64,000 nucleotides of DNA from Planctomycetota bacterium (lineage in GTDB: Bacteria > Planctomycetota > UBA8108 > SXIK01). The position numbers and the translations under genes were made by a program. The stretch's first letter is position 1. Every line of letters starts with the position of its first letter. This document shows positions 28,301 to 38,073 of the stretch, one piece after another. Location: positions 960,001-1,024,000 of the forward strand of contig CBDCXR010000004.1 in NCBI GenBank assembly GCA_965223845.1, written 5' to 3'. The notes below the pieces were generated by a model. The model had not been told where the DNA came from. It made no database searches and saw only the letters and a program-made list of their open reading frames with translations.

Positions 28301-28864
28301 GCGGAGGGGGGGCTCGTCGTCCAGGCCCGATTCAACGCGGGGGAGCGGTACGTCTTCACGGCGCTTCACCGTGAGCAACGTCCGTGGCGAAACGCGTTCT
28401 TCACGGCGAAGAGTGCGACGAAACCGGGGCCGGTCGAGATCCTCGGCTTACCGCCGGGGAGGTACCGGCTGGTCGTCGACCGCGCGGAGGGGAAGCGGTC
28501 GACTCGTGTGGGAGAGATCTTCGTCCAAATCGATTCCGGCGACCGTCACGAGCTCGAGCTCGAGCTCGATCCTGACGCCCCCGATTCCTTCGCGCGCCGC
28601 TTCGGCTCGATCGCCGGGTCAGTAGCGGGAGTCGGCGATCCGACTCGAGTGCGTGTCGATCTGGTTCCGAAGAGTGACCTCGAGGATCGCTACTCGTTCA
28701 CGCCTACTCTCTGCAACGCAGACGGAAGCTTCCAGCTTACGGGTGTCCCGGCTGGAGCCTACCTCGTCATCGCCCGCGAGGGAGGCCGGAATGCGCGCGA
28801 GGTTCGTGTCGAGGTTCGGGTCGATGCACGGCGACGAGCGGACGCACGACTCGTTTTCGAGTAG
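25343..28864 (+). CDS. ECF sigma-70 factor fused via a TM helix to repeated carboxypeptidase-regulatory-like (beta-sandwich) domains
   Basis: Sigma2 (DAEAFDELVSRY, DAEDVAQ, AWL.RVA) and sigma4 (LPDPLR...TQEEIA..LGVS), then TM LAISAGLALALVLTITGIAYF, then repeated ITGVV/LRGVV/IRGRIVD...TD.DGRF units. Confidence 0.85.
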   Translation: MPSHDHSLLERWLDRRDAEAFDELVSRYAGLVFATSQRVVRNEADAEDVAQNCFLKLARVKVLPRSSLGAWLHRVATRDAIDVVRARERRRRRERSFACKRGESGSEPTWSEIEEHVDECIAELPDPLRATIVAHFLDRKTQEEIASDLGVSRQAVSYRVRKGVERLRALLARRGVSASVGALGALLGAAPVEAAAPSTLLASLGRVALSGIAAPPVTPAAAAGAASGSVVPLGGVLMGKKLAISAGLALALVLTITGIAYFSGGADHHDDRADRSPVEDPARIDQPRPERPAEEVARVVQPRSSSPSDVQVAASDIEITGVVLSGDGEAVGGASVAVGIDSGEALRAAFRAETDRDGRFRLPIPEGVSAVHIGAFSGEFGLGGARVDEPNADAELEITLVPLCAIGGRVFERESEAGLAGLRLRLAVGPTADDSAAARSSDADAGRASVLFPEVADVATGAAATTVTNDEGLYRFFAIGPLRADVRFDAVESDYVVPGLDRTGRKPPIELAAGERRLDVDFALTLGGALRGVVLEPDGTPSAGSKVELVASFPTRARRLTCDDEGRFSFRGLATGANYVVQATQEGYAPTASESIALSAVEELSGIEIVLRVGAFASGRFIEEGGTPVSGLRVSVERPFEASFIRSGFDSIVTSDLGEFSIGPLAPGTYRLRPSTEAHNRRNFSLVMPDPTPPDSGDVEGLEFELARRAEGYIAGRVIDDEGRGVRAVVAVRRRGRLVERSVSGDDGAFRVDGLEEADDYLCLAQSSVHLGERVKNISTYTDDLVLLVRRRGRISARILDAVSGEPVAHCEVRVAFRRPDGNTFHTKWTPYDDPDGRIAIDGAESAPVQCQLHVRSPEHVSAKSSRFEVPPGGTSDEIEVRLERGPAIRGRIVDAESGEALEGVRVRSFTLDAYRPSLLNASQDAWGGDDLWKLGMSDVDGRFELRGYEAGSTIHIVAWKSGYGTVIRRGVRVVAGGVDTELALGAEGGLVVQARFNAGERYVFTALHREQRPWRNAFFTAKSATKPGPVEILGLPPGRYRLVVDRAEGKRSTRVGEIFVQIDSGDRHELELELDPDAPDSFARRFGSIAGSVAGVGDPTRVRVDLVPKSDLEDRYSFTPTLCNADGSFQLTGVPAGAYLVIAREGGRNAREVRVEVRVDARRRADARLVFE

Positions 28865-29075
28865 CACCCCTCGCAGTGCCGCGTAGAATTTGAGGCGTTC
28901 TCGGCTAGTCGCTGAACGTCGCGTCGGCAGCGGAGCCGTGATCCTCTGTGTGTGCACCGGAGGCAGACGGACGTGGTCGAGTCTCCACGTGTCGTGAGCG
29001 TCGCGCTTGCTCCGCACATTCACCTCTGACGCGGACGCCGTGCCGCACCGCGGCAACGGTCGCTGCTCTTCAGCT

Positions 29076-32054
29076 ATGAACGGCTCTCGGTGGCTCTTCG
29101 TTTCGCTCTCAGTGCTCGTCGGCGGCGCAGCGATCGGCGCCGAGTTCGAGCGCGATGTCGCGCCGATTCTCGTCGAGCGGTGTCTCGGATGTCATTCCGG
29201 AGCGGAGCCGAAGGCCGGGCTCGATCTCTCCACGCGCGAGGGTGCTCTTCGAGGCGGCGAGTCCGGGCCGGCGTTCGTCCCCGGCGACGTGGCGAGCCTC
29301 CTTCTCAAACGCGTGACGCGGGGCGAGATGCCTCCGCGCGAGGACGAGGACGACATCGGTCTTTCGACCTCCGAAGTCGGGACCCTGCGATCGTGGATCA
29401 GCGGGGGCGCCCCCTGGCCGGACGGGCGCCGACTCGATCCGTACGAGCGCACGACGACGAGTCGGGCCGGCTACGACTGGTGGAGCCTACGGCCGATCAC
29501 TCGTCCCGAGCCCCCCGCGGTGAGCGCCGGAGATCGCGTCGCGAATCCGATCGACTCGTTCATCCTCGAGCGACTCGAGTCCGAAGGAATGACGCTTGCT
29601 CCGCCGGCCGAGCCGCGCGCGCTGCTCCGGCGTCTCTACTTCGATCTCACCGGCCTTCCCCCGAGCTTCGAGGAGCTCGAGGCCTTCGCACGCGAGCCGA
29701 CAGCTGTCGAGTACGAGCGCGCGGTCGATCGACTCCTCGCTTCCCCTCACTACGGAGAGCGTTGGGCCCGCTACTGGCTCGATCTCGTTCGCTTCGCGGA
29801 GACGAACGGCTACGAGCGCGACGCGACGAAGCCGCACGCTTGGCGGTACCGCGACTACGTCGTCGAGTCGCTCAATTCCGACAAGCCGTACGACCGATTC
29901 GTCCTCGAGAATCTCGCCGGAGACGAACTCCCGGGGGCAAATGAAACAACGGTGATCGCGACGGGCTTCCTGCGCCTCGGAACGTGGGACGACGAACCGA
30001 ACGTTCCGAACGAGTACGTCTACGAGCGCCTCGAGGATCTCGTCCACACGACGTCGAGCACGTTCCTCGCGATGACGGTGAAGTGCGCGCGCTGTCACGA
30101 TCACAAGTTCGATCCGATCCCGCAGCTCGACTACTACCAGCTCGCGAGCGCGTTTTTCGCCGGCCCCGTGGAGCCCGCCGATCGGAAGCTCCAGGGTGGA
30201 CCGGCGCCGGAGCAACTCGGTTACGACGTGCTCGGCTGGACGGATCGCGGCCGCGAGGTGCCGGCGCTCCGGCTTCTGAAGAGCGGCGACCCGCATCGTC
30301 CTCTCGAGCCCGTCCGATCGGCGGCGCTGTCGATGGTGCGGGAGCTCGACCCGTCCTTCAGCGAGCCTCCGGCGGAGGCGAAGACGACGCAGCGTCGATT
30401 GCAGCTCGCGCGCTGGATTGTCGATCCCGCGAATCCGCTCACCCCGCGCGTCATCGCGAATCGCATCTGGCAGCACCACTTCGGGCGCGGGCTCGTCTCG
30501 ACGCCGAACAACTTCGGTTTCATGGGGGCGAAGCCCACGCATCCCGAGCTCCTCGATTGGCTCGCGAGCGAGCTCGTCCGCGGCGGCTGGAGACTGAAGC
30601 GGCTCCATCGGCTGATCGTACTCTCGAACTCGTACCGTTCGGCGTCGGTGAATCCGAGCGGTGCCGAGTACGAGAGCCGAGACCCTGAAGCGAGATGGCT
30701 CTGGCGGTTCCCCCGCCGCCGCCTCGACGCCGAGGCGCTCCGCGATGCGATGCTCGCCGTTTCCGGCGAGCTGGATCGTCGAGTCGGCGGGCCGAGCTTC
30801 TTCCCGCGAATCTCGCCCGAAGCGCTCGAGGGTCTGTCGCGAAAGGGCGCGACGTGGGGCGAATCTCCCGAATCGGAGCGGAAACGCCGCAGCCTCTACA
30901 TCTTTCACAAGCGCTCCCTCATCGTTCCGTTTCTCACGACGTTCGACTTTTGCGACACGACGACATCCTGCGCTTCGCGCGACGTGACGACGGTCGCGCC
31001 CCAGGCGCTCGCTCTTCTCAACAATCACTTCGTTCACGCCCGAAGCGCTGCCCTCGCGCGTCGCGTCGCGAAAGCAGGTCGAGAGCACCCCAAGCGGGTC
31101 GAGCTCGCGTGGCGTTTCGCCTTCGGACGCGACCCGTCCGAGCGAGAACGCGTTGCCGCGCTCGCTTACCTCGAGAGCGAAGAAACGACGCTGCTCGCGC
31201 GTTACGAGAAGGAAAAAGCGATCTACGAACGCCGACTCGAGGAGGCGCGTCTCCACGGCGACTCGGGCGAGTCGGCCATCGCGAACATCGACGGGCTCGC
31301 TCTTTGGCTGCGCGCCGATCGCGACGTCGAGCACGACGACGCGGGCCGCCTCGTACGCTGGAAGGATCAAGCCGGCGCCGACCGTCACGCAGCGCCGCCT
31401 ACGGTGGAGGCTCGTCCGCTCGTCGTCGCTGACGGGGCGAACGGGCGCCCGGCGCTGCGTTTCGACGGCAGGGACGATGCCCTCGCGATTTCAGGGGCCG
31501 TTCTTACTAATCAGCAGTTCACGATGTTCGCGGTCGCGGCCGACCGACATGCCGGCGGTGGACACCGCGAGATCATCTCCAACTGGAACCGCGACGGGAA
31601 TTCGACCACCTCGGTGTTTCTCGGGACGACGGGGGCCCGTTCGATTCGCTTCTCCGACCATTTCGCCCCGGCGGGACGACTCCACCGCCCGAGCGAGCTC
31701 TTTCTTCTCGGCGCACGCACGTCGCTGGCCGGAGCGGTGGTGCATCAGGGGGACGAAGTTCTCGCGAGGCGCGCGGAACCGCTGGCGAGGCGCCGCCTCG
31801 ACACACCTTGGGTCGTGGGGACTCAGGGCAACTACGGCTCGGAGTTCTGGCGGGGAGAGATCGCCGAGATCGTCGTCTTCGACCGCGCGCTGAGCGACGC
31901 CGAAAGTGCGGCGGTTCGCTCCGAGCTCACTTCGCGTTACCGGCTCGATCCGCGCTCGCGTCCCCCGGAGCCGCCGGCTGATCCCGCGCATCTCGCGCTC
32001 GCGTCGCTTTGTCACGTTCTTCTGAGTGCGAACGAGTTCATCTATGTCGACTGA
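29076..32054 (+). CDS. Planctomycete cytochrome c / DUF1549 / DUF1553 (PSD1) protein with LamG-like insert
   Basis: Signal peptide, heme motifs CLGCH and CARCH, NPIDSFI, YGERWARYWLD, PTHPELLDWLA and QALALLN. The insert reads LWLRAD...FDGRDD...GEIAEIVVFDRALS. Confidence 0.9.
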   Translation: MNGSRWLFVSLSVLVGGAAIGAEFERDVAPILVERCLGCHSGAEPKAGLDLSTREGALRGGESGPAFVPGDVASLLLKRVTRGEMPPREDEDDIGLSTSEVGTLRSWISGGAPWPDGRRLDPYERTTTSRAGYDWWSLRPITRPEPPAVSAGDRVANPIDSFILERLESEGMTLAPPAEPRALLRRLYFDLTGLPPSFEELEAFAREPTAVEYERAVDRLLASPHYGERWARYWLDLVRFAETNGYERDATKPHAWRYRDYVVESLNSDKPYDRFVLENLAGDELPGANETTVIATGFLRLGTWDDEPNVPNEYVYERLEDLVHTTSSTFLAMTVKCARCHDHKFDPIPQLDYYQLASAFFAGPVEPADRKLQGGPAPEQLGYDVLGWTDRGREVPALRLLKSGDPHRPLEPVRSAALSMVRELDPSFSEPPAEAKTTQRRLQLARWIVDPANPLTPRVIANRIWQHHFGRGLVSTPNNFGFMGAKPTHPELLDWLASELVRGGWRLKRLHRLIVLSNSYRSASVNPSGAEYESRDPEARWLWRFPRRRLDAEALRDAMLAVSGELDRRVGGPSFFPRISPEALEGLSRKGATWGESPESERKRRSLYIFHKRSLIVPFLTTFDFCDTTTSCASRDVTTVAPQALALLNNHFVHARSAALARRVAKAGREHPKRVELAWRFAFGRDPSERERVAALAYLESEETTLLARYEKEKAIYERRLEEARLHGDSGESAIANIDGLALWLRADRDVEHDDAGRLVRWKDQAGADRHAAPPTVEARPLVVADGANGRPALRFDGRDDALAISGAVLTNQQFTMFAVAADRHAGGGHREIISNWNRDGNSTTSVFLGTTGARSIRFSDHFAPAGRLHRPSELFLLGARTSLAGAVVHQGDEVLARRAEPLARRRLDTPWVVGTQGNYGSEFWRGEIAEIVVFDRALSDAESAAVRSELTSRYRLDPRSRPPEPPADPAHLALASLCHVLLSANEFIYVD

Positions 32055-33528
32055 TCGAACGCAGCCCCGGTTTCCCTGCGGACTCAGCCGCCGCGAGCTC
32101 CTCTGGGAGATGGGGGGCGGCTTCGCGGGCACGGCGCTCGCTGCGCTTCTCATCGAGGACGGGTTCTTCGGCGATCGAGTCGCCCACGCGGGCGCACCGC
32201 TCGCCCGAGCGACCGGCGCCGGACCGACCGCGCCGCGCCCGCAGCACTTCGCCGCGCGAGCGAAGAGCTGCATCTTTCTCATGATGAACGGCGGGCCGAG
32301 CCAGGTGGACACCTTCGACTACAAGCCCGAGCTCGAGAAGTATGCAGGGAAATCGCTCCCGCCCGACAAGCAGTTCATCAATTCGGGCGGGCGGCGTATC
32401 GGCTTCCTCACTCCCGCTTGGCGTCCCTTCCGGCCCGGTGGCGAGAGCGGACTTCTCGTCTCCGACTACTTTCCGCGCGTCCGCGAGCACGCCGACAAGC
32501 TCGCGGTGATCAAGTCTTGCCACACGGACAGTCACGCGCACGGATCGGCCCTCGTCGCGATGAACACGGGGAGCACGTTCATCGGGCGGCCATCGCTCGG
32601 GAGCTGGTGCGTCTACGGTCTCGGGACGGACAACCAGAACCTCCCCGGCTACGTCGTCATGCTCGACCGGCGGGGGGGACCGATCAGCGGACAGCCGAAC
32701 TGGTCGAGTGGGTTCATGCCTGCGTCGCTCCAGGGGACGTTGTTCCGGCCGACGGGGGATCCGATCCTCGATCTTCGCGGCCCCGGGCATGTCGATCGCG
32801 CGGGGCAGCGACGCCAGCTCGATCTGCTCGCGAAGATCAACGCCGAGCATCTCGAAACGCGCCCTCGCGCGCGCGAGCTCGCCGCGCGGATTCACTCCTA
32901 CGAGCTCGCCTTCCGCATGCAGGCCGAAGCACCTGAAGCGGTCGATCTCGAGCGCGAGTCGCTCGCGACGCGAGAGGAGTACGGGATCGGGCGTGAGCCC
33001 ACGGACGAGTTCGGTCGGAACTGCCTCATTGCGCGGCGTCTCGTCGAGCGCGGCGTGCGGTTCGTGCAGCTCTACTCGGGCGGTGGACATCTCGAGGAGA
33101 CGTGGGACGCGCACGAGAGCATCGAGAAGAATCACGGGCGGCACGCCGCCGAGGTGGATCAACCCATCGCTGCGCTTCTCGCCGATCTCGAGCGGCGCGG
33201 GCTCCTCGAGACGACGCTCGTCGTGTGGGGGGGAGAGTTCGGCCGCATGCCATTCAGCGAAGGCAAGGGGGCGCCGGGGCGAAATCACAACCCCTACGGC
33301 TTTAGCACGTGGCTCGCGGGAGGCGGCGCGAAGGGCGGAGTCTCTTACGGGGAGACGGACGAATTCGGCTTCAAGGCCGTTGGTGATCCGGTTCACCTTC
33401 ACGATCTACACGCGACGATTCTTCACCTTCTCGGTCTCGATCACGAGAAGCTGACCTACCTGCATCAGGGACGGAACGACCGTCTCACCGATGTCTACGG
33501 GCGCGTCATCTCCGATGTGATCGCGTAG
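32044..33528 (+). CDS. DUF1501 domain protein (Tat signal)
   Basis: SRRELL, AKSCIFLMMNGGPSQVDTFDYKP, ARRLVERGVRFVQ, WDAH, GEFGRMP and DLHATILHLLG motifs. Confidence 0.92.
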   Translation: MSTDRTQPRFPCGLSRRELLWEMGGGFAGTALAALLIEDGFFGDRVAHAGAPLARATGAGPTAPRPQHFAARAKSCIFLMMNGGPSQVDTFDYKPELEKYAGKSLPPDKQFINSGGRRIGFLTPAWRPFRPGGESGLLVSDYFPRVREHADKLAVIKSCHTDSHAHGSALVAMNTGSTFIGRPSLGSWCVYGLGTDNQNLPGYVVMLDRRGGPISGQPNWSSGFMPASLQGTLFRPTGDPILDLRGPGHVDRAGQRRQLDLLAKINAEHLETRPRARELAARIHSYELAFRMQAEAPEAVDLERESLATREEYGIGREPTDEFGRNCLIARRLVERGVRFVQLYSGGGHLEETWDAHESIEKNHGRHAAEVDQPIAALLADLERRGLLETTLVVWGGEFGRMPFSEGKGAPGRNHNPYGFSTWLAGGGAKGGVSYGETDEFGFKAVGDPVHLHDLHATILHLLGLDHEKLTYLHQGRNDRLTDVYGRVISDVIA

Positions 33529-33784
33529 CCCGAGTTCGGCGATGCCGTGGCGGTACGAGGGCGCGAGGCATCATCGCTGCTACCGCCGCGTTCCACTCGT
33601 GACGGCCGCCGCCGTCTCTTCTCGCGACTGTGTCCCCGACGATCTCCGCGCGATCGCGCTCGCTCCTTTGAAATCGAGCTCGACGGCACTTCATGTACTG
33701 CGCGTCAGGACGCGCGACGATGTTCGACCGCTCGCGACCGGTTCCGGTTGAACTGAACCGCCTCGTCGTCGATGCTGTCGTCCC

Positions 33785-34816
33785 ATGAACGCGCCCTGTG
33801 TTCTCATCAGTCCGGAAGAAGTGCGCGAGCGAGACGGTCCGTGGGTGGAGCGGCTCGTGAGCTCGGGGTTTCGGGTGATCTATCCCGAGGACGCGCGATT
33901 CTCGACGGGGACGCTGGGCGCTGAGACGACCGTGCGCGAGCTCGCGCGCTGCGTCGCGGTCGTCGCCGGGGCCGAGTTCTATGACGAGCCCACGTTCGCC
34001 GCGCTCCCTCACCTGCGCGTCGTCGCCCGTGCGGGCGTCGGGTACGATCGCGTCGACACCGAGGCGGCCACGGTCCGCTCGGTCGCGGTGACGATCACGC
34101 CGAACGCCAACCACGAGAGCGTGGCCGAGCACGCGCTGGGGCTCCTGCTCAGCGTGACTCGCGAGATCGGAGCGTGTGATCGCGAGATTCGCACGGGTGG
34201 GTGGCGCCGGCGCATCGTTCGACCGCTGCGGGGCTGCACTCTCGGCCTCCTCGGCCTCGGCCGGATCGGGCGAAGTCTCGCGGTTCGAGCGCGCGCGCTC
34301 GGAATGACCGTCATCGCGCACGATGTCGCTCCCGATCGAACGTTCGCGGAGACGAACGGAGTCGAGATTGTGAATCTCGACGCTCTCCTCTCCCGCTCGG
34401 ACTACTTGAGTCTCCACTGTCCCCTGACGGATGAGACGCGCGGGATACTCGACCGCGTCGCGATCAGCCGCATGCGCGATGGTGCGATCGTGATCAACAC
34501 GGCTCGCGGCGACCTGGTCGTCGAAGAGGATCTCGTCGCCGCGCTCCGGTCGGGGAAGCTCGGCGGTGCGGGACTCGACGTCTACCGAACGGAGCCGCTC
34601 ACACCGGACCATCCTCTCGTCGAGATCGAAACCGTCGTGCTCACGCCTCACATCGCGAGCGCGGACTCGACGTCGATCGAGCAGATGGCGTTCGAGGCTG
34701 CCGACTCGATCGCACGTCTCGCTGCCGGCGTCTGGCCGCAAGGCGCCGTCGTGAACGATTCGATTCGGCAGTCTTGGCGCTGGTCGCCGATCGAGCGCTG
34801 CGGCGACGGTCGTTGA
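33785..34816 (+). CDS. D-2-hydroxyacid dehydrogenase (phosphoglycerate dehydrogenase-like)
   Basis: RAGVGYD, VAEHA, GLGRIG, LHCPLT, INTARG, GLDVY.EP and TPHIA motifs. Confidence 0.9.
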   Translation: MNAPCVLISPEEVRERDGPWVERLVSSGFRVIYPEDARFSTGTLGAETTVRELARCVAVVAGAEFYDEPTFAALPHLRVVARAGVGYDRVDTEAATVRSVAVTITPNANHESVAEHALGLLLSVTREIGACDREIRTGGWRRRIVRPLRGCTLGLLGLGRIGRSLAVRARALGMTVIAHDVAPDRTFAETNGVEIVNLDALLSRSDYLSLHCPLTDETRGILDRVAISRMRDGAIVINTARGDLVVEEDLVAALRSGKLGGAGLDVYRTEPLTPDHPLVEIETVVLTPHIASADSTSIEQMAFEAADSIARLAAGVWPQGAVVNDSIRQSWRWSPIERCGDGR

Positions 34817-34862
34817 GATAACAGCTGTCGTCTAGGCTCTCCCCGCGCGAAGGAATCCGTCG

Positions 34863-36395
34863 CTATCCCTTCGTCGAGCCTCGCCGGCCTAGCCGCAGGG
34901 CGATCGCGACGCTCACGATCGCCGTAAAGCCGAGTCCGCCGAGCGCAAGTCCCCGACTCTCCGACTCCCAGTAGCCTTTGAAACCGAACGCGACGAACGC
35001 CACCGCCCCGATGGCAACGAGAGAGGCGAGTGCCGGATGCATGCGCAGTCCGCGGGGGAGGAAGCGCCGCTCCATCCAAAGGAGGGACGCGCAGAGGATG
35101 CCGCAGAGAAGGACACCGGTGAACAGGTTGGCGGGGGTCAAGACGGCGAGGAGGATCGGCGGTCGTCCTTCGCCGCCGGCTCGGCGGTAGAGTGCGAGGA
35201 CGACGAGCAGGGCGAGCGCCGCGCCGATGAGATAGACGAGCGTCGCGCGCCGAACCGCGGGCAGCTTCGCGTCGCTCCATCCGGCGACGCGGATCCCCTC
35301 GGCCGCCATCGTGAGGCCGACCTCCAAAGTTCCGTACAGGGTTCCGAACATCGCGAGGAACGCTCCGGCGACATAGAGTGGAAAGAGCCACGGATGGAGC
35401 TCGGTCACGAGACGAGCCTGGAGATTGAGGAGATTGTGATCGTCGGGTATTTGGCGGTCGGGACCGAGGACGAGCGCGCCGCACGCGACGAACACGGCGC
35501 TGAAGAGGACGACGACGAGAAAGCTGAGGCTGCAGTCGATGACGGCGGCTCGCGTCCAGAGACGGGCCGGATGGCGCGGGTCGCCGGCGATGCGCTCGAG
35601 CTCATCGCGACTCGGCGAGGGGCCCGACGAGTAGCCCCACGCCTTTTCCCGGAGAAAGCTCACGTAGGCGAGATAGTCGTAGCCCGCTCCTCCGATCACG
35701 CCGACGTAGCGCGTCGTCTCGACCCAGACCGGCTGGGCGGCGATGTCCGGATGCGTCTCGCCGAGCCAGGGCGGGTACTCGAGACGCGAGGGAATGAACC
35801 CTCGGGCGATTCCAAGCCAGTCGGGGTCGTAGAGGATGAGAGTGATCCCCGCGCACGCGAGGAGCGCGGCGACGACCGTGAGCTGGACCCGCTCGAGCGC
35901 GGTGTACCCGCCGGCGAAGGCGAGCGCGAAGACCGCGACGAGCGACCCGGCGCCCCACAGCGAATCTTCCGCCCCGCCGAGACTCCCCGCGCTGCCGCTC
36001 GCCCAGGACGAGAGATTGCCGAGGACGCTCGCGTGGAAGCTGATCCAGATCGGGATGCAGACGACCGCGAGCAGACTGAGCGAAATCGGGAGCCAACCGC
36101 GCGGACCGGGAAAGTCCGTCAGTCGTTCGAGGGGGTGCTTGCCAGTGAGGACGATCTGACGAGCCGCCGCGACGACGAGCGCCCACTTGAGAAGCGAGAT
36201 CACCGTGAAGAGGAAGAGAACGTCGTAACCGAAGAGGACCCCACCGCGCGTCGAGAAGATCAGCTCGCCCGTCCCGATCGTGAGCGAGGCGACGATCGCT
36301 CCGGGGCCGAAGACCGTGAGCCATCGCGCGGGGTTGGCGCTCACGAGGGCGGGGAGTGGAGGCGGAGGCGACGGCGTTGGTGCTCGCTCTCGCAT
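34863..36395 (-). CDS. Nramp-superfamily membrane transporter
   Basis: FGPGAIVASLTIGTGE motif with 11-12 hydrophobic segments. Confidence 0.7.
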   Translation of the reverse strand: MRERAPTPSPPPPLPALVSANPARWLTVFGPGAIVASLTIGTGELIFSTRGGVLFGYDVLFLFTVISLLKWALVVAAARQIVLTGKHPLERLTDFPGPRGWLPISLSLLAVVCIPIWISFHASVLGNLSSWASGSAGSLGGAEDSLWGAGSLVAVFALAFAGGYTALERVQLTVVAALLACAGITLILYDPDWLGIARGFIPSRLEYPPWLGETHPDIAAQPVWVETTRYVGVIGGAGYDYLAYVSFLREKAWGYSSGPSPSRDELERIAGDPRHPARLWTRAAVIDCSLSFLVVVLFSAVFVACGALVLGPDRQIPDDHNLLNLQARLVTELHPWLFPLYVAGAFLAMFGTLYGTLEVGLTMAAEGIRVAGWSDAKLPAVRRATLVYLIGAALALLVVLALYRRAGGEGRPPILLAVLTPANLFTGVLLCGILCASLLWMERRFLPRGLRMHPALASLVAIGAVAFVAFGFKGYWESESRGLALGGLGFTAIVSVAIALRLGRRGSTKG

Positions 36396-36432
36396 CGTCG
36401 ATTCGCCTCGATTCCGGCGCTTCGCTCCGCGT

Positions 36433-37863
36433 CTACGAATCGACGGGCACGATCCGAGCGCCGCCGTCGTCGCTGGGCTCGACTCGTACGTCGACCGTGT
36501 ACCTCGACTCCGCGCCCACGAGGCGGCGCGCCAACTCGTCCGCGTCGAGAGCCGCGAGCGGTGAGATCTCGACCCGGCCCGTCACTTCGATTCCCGCCCG
36601 CGCGAGCCACTTGCGGTGCTCCGCAACGAGCAGCTCCTGCGCACTCTCGAGAGAGTCGTCACCACTTGCGTTCTTGATCGGAGCGAACTCCTCTTCGCGG
36701 ACGACTTCGAGGGCGAAGCTCGAGCTCGCCGCGGGAATCGCGTCGAAGACGAACTTCTCGAACTTTCGTCCCGGGATCTCGGCGGTCGCTCCGTCGGCGG
36801 AGAGCGCCGGTATGTTCTTCTTCGCGACGTGATACGGGAGGTCCGCGCCGCCCTGGGCGATGCTTCGGACGAACTCGAGCTCGAACGCGTGAATCGCAAT
36901 GTTTCCCGCCCAGTAGTAGAGCTCGCCGTCCGCAGTTCTTCTTTTGGCGTCCGCGGGAAGAAGATCGCTGTACTCTACGACGCGCGTGATTCCGTCGCGT
37001 ACGGCGAATACACCGATCTTCTCCTCGGGCTTACTCCGCCGCAGCACCTTCGATGACACCGGCGCTCCGGAGAGCCGGTGAAGCCCGAGAAAGGTCGGGT
37101 CCGCCATCCGGATCAGCAAGTTGTCGACTTGATGGAAGAAGATGCACTCGATCTCGCGAGCGGCCATGTCGTCGAGACTTCCGCTTCGCGCGAGGGCGTC
37201 GAAGATCCCGCCGTGTCCGTCGGGACTCATGAAAGGTGCGCCCGCCTCGGCGAGGAGGAGCTTGCCGTCGAGGTCGACCGCCGGGAGCTGACCTTGGACG
37301 AAGAAGGAAACGTCGTTTGGAGCGAGCCCGAAACAATCGGCTTCGACGAAGTGCTGCTTCGTTGCGGCGTCATTCGCCGCGCTCGTCATGATGTACCAGG
37401 GCACGGCGCGACCGAGCTGATGCTGCAGCGCGAGGAGACGCTCGCCTTGAATCTGAAAGAGGCTCTTCCCACTCAAGGGACCAGCTCGAAGCGCGCCCTT
37501 GGGACCGTCGAACCCGAGCCGACTCGCCTGGCCGCCGGCGACGAGCACCGCAGCGACCTTTCCCTCGGCTACGAGTCGGCGCCCCTCTTCGAGGGCCTCC
37601 CGCCGAGTAGCAAACGGCGGCTCGTCCCCCGTCCGAAGTGCGTCCGCCGGCTCCAGGTTCGTCGCCGGCCCGGACGTGCCCGAGTCGAGTCGCGGGCTCG
37701 ATCCCGATGCCAGCTCGGTCACCAGGTCGAGGTCGATCGACGCCAGTTGCCGGTAGAATCGATCTCGTGCCTCCGGATCGAGAGCGTCCGAAAATCGAAA
37801 CACGTGCTCTTGGCCCGCGTCTCTATAGATGCGACGGAGTTCTTCTTCGCGAGGTAGGCTCAA
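36433..37863 (-). CDS. UDP-N-acetylglucosamine/UDP-glucose pyrophosphorylase (eukaryote-like UDPGP family)
   Basis: VAGGQASRLG..GPKG, WYIMTS, SPDGHGG, QVDN, VVEYSD, KFEKFVFDA and EFAPIKN motifs. TTG start with GGAGG upstream. Confidence 0.88.
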   Translation of the reverse strand: MSLPREEELRRIYRDAGQEHVFRFSDALDPEARDRFYRQLASIDLDLVTELASGSSPRLDSGTSGPATNLEPADALRTGDEPPFATRREALEEGRRLVAEGKVAAVLVAGGQASRLGFDGPKGALRAGPLSGKSLFQIQGERLLALQHQLGRAVPWYIMTSAANDAATKQHFVEADCFGLAPNDVSFFVQGQLPAVDLDGKLLLAEAGAPFMSPDGHGGIFDALARSGSLDDMAAREIECIFFHQVDNLLIRMADPTFLGLHRLSGAPVSSKVLRRSKPEEKIGVFAVRDGITRVVEYSDLLPADAKRRTADGELYYWAGNIAIHAFELEFVRSIAQGGADLPYHVAKKNIPALSADGATAEIPGRKFEKFVFDAIPAASSSFALEVVREEEFAPIKNASGDDSLESAQELLVAEHRKWLARAGIEVTGRVEISPLAALDADELARRLVGAESRYTVDVRVEPSDDGGARIVPVDS

Positions 37864-38073
37864 CCGGGGCCTCCGGTGCGGTCGATCGTGAAGCGGGTAC
37901 GAAGACTGCTCTTCATCCGTCCCGAAGGATAACCATCGGCATCGGATCCTTCCACCGCCACCGACGAAGCGGCGGGACGAGGGGAGCGGAACACGGAGAG
38001 AGTACCGAATCCGGACGGAGGTGACCGGGACCGAATCGCGGCGACGCGGTTCGATCGAAAGGAGACGGTTGCC

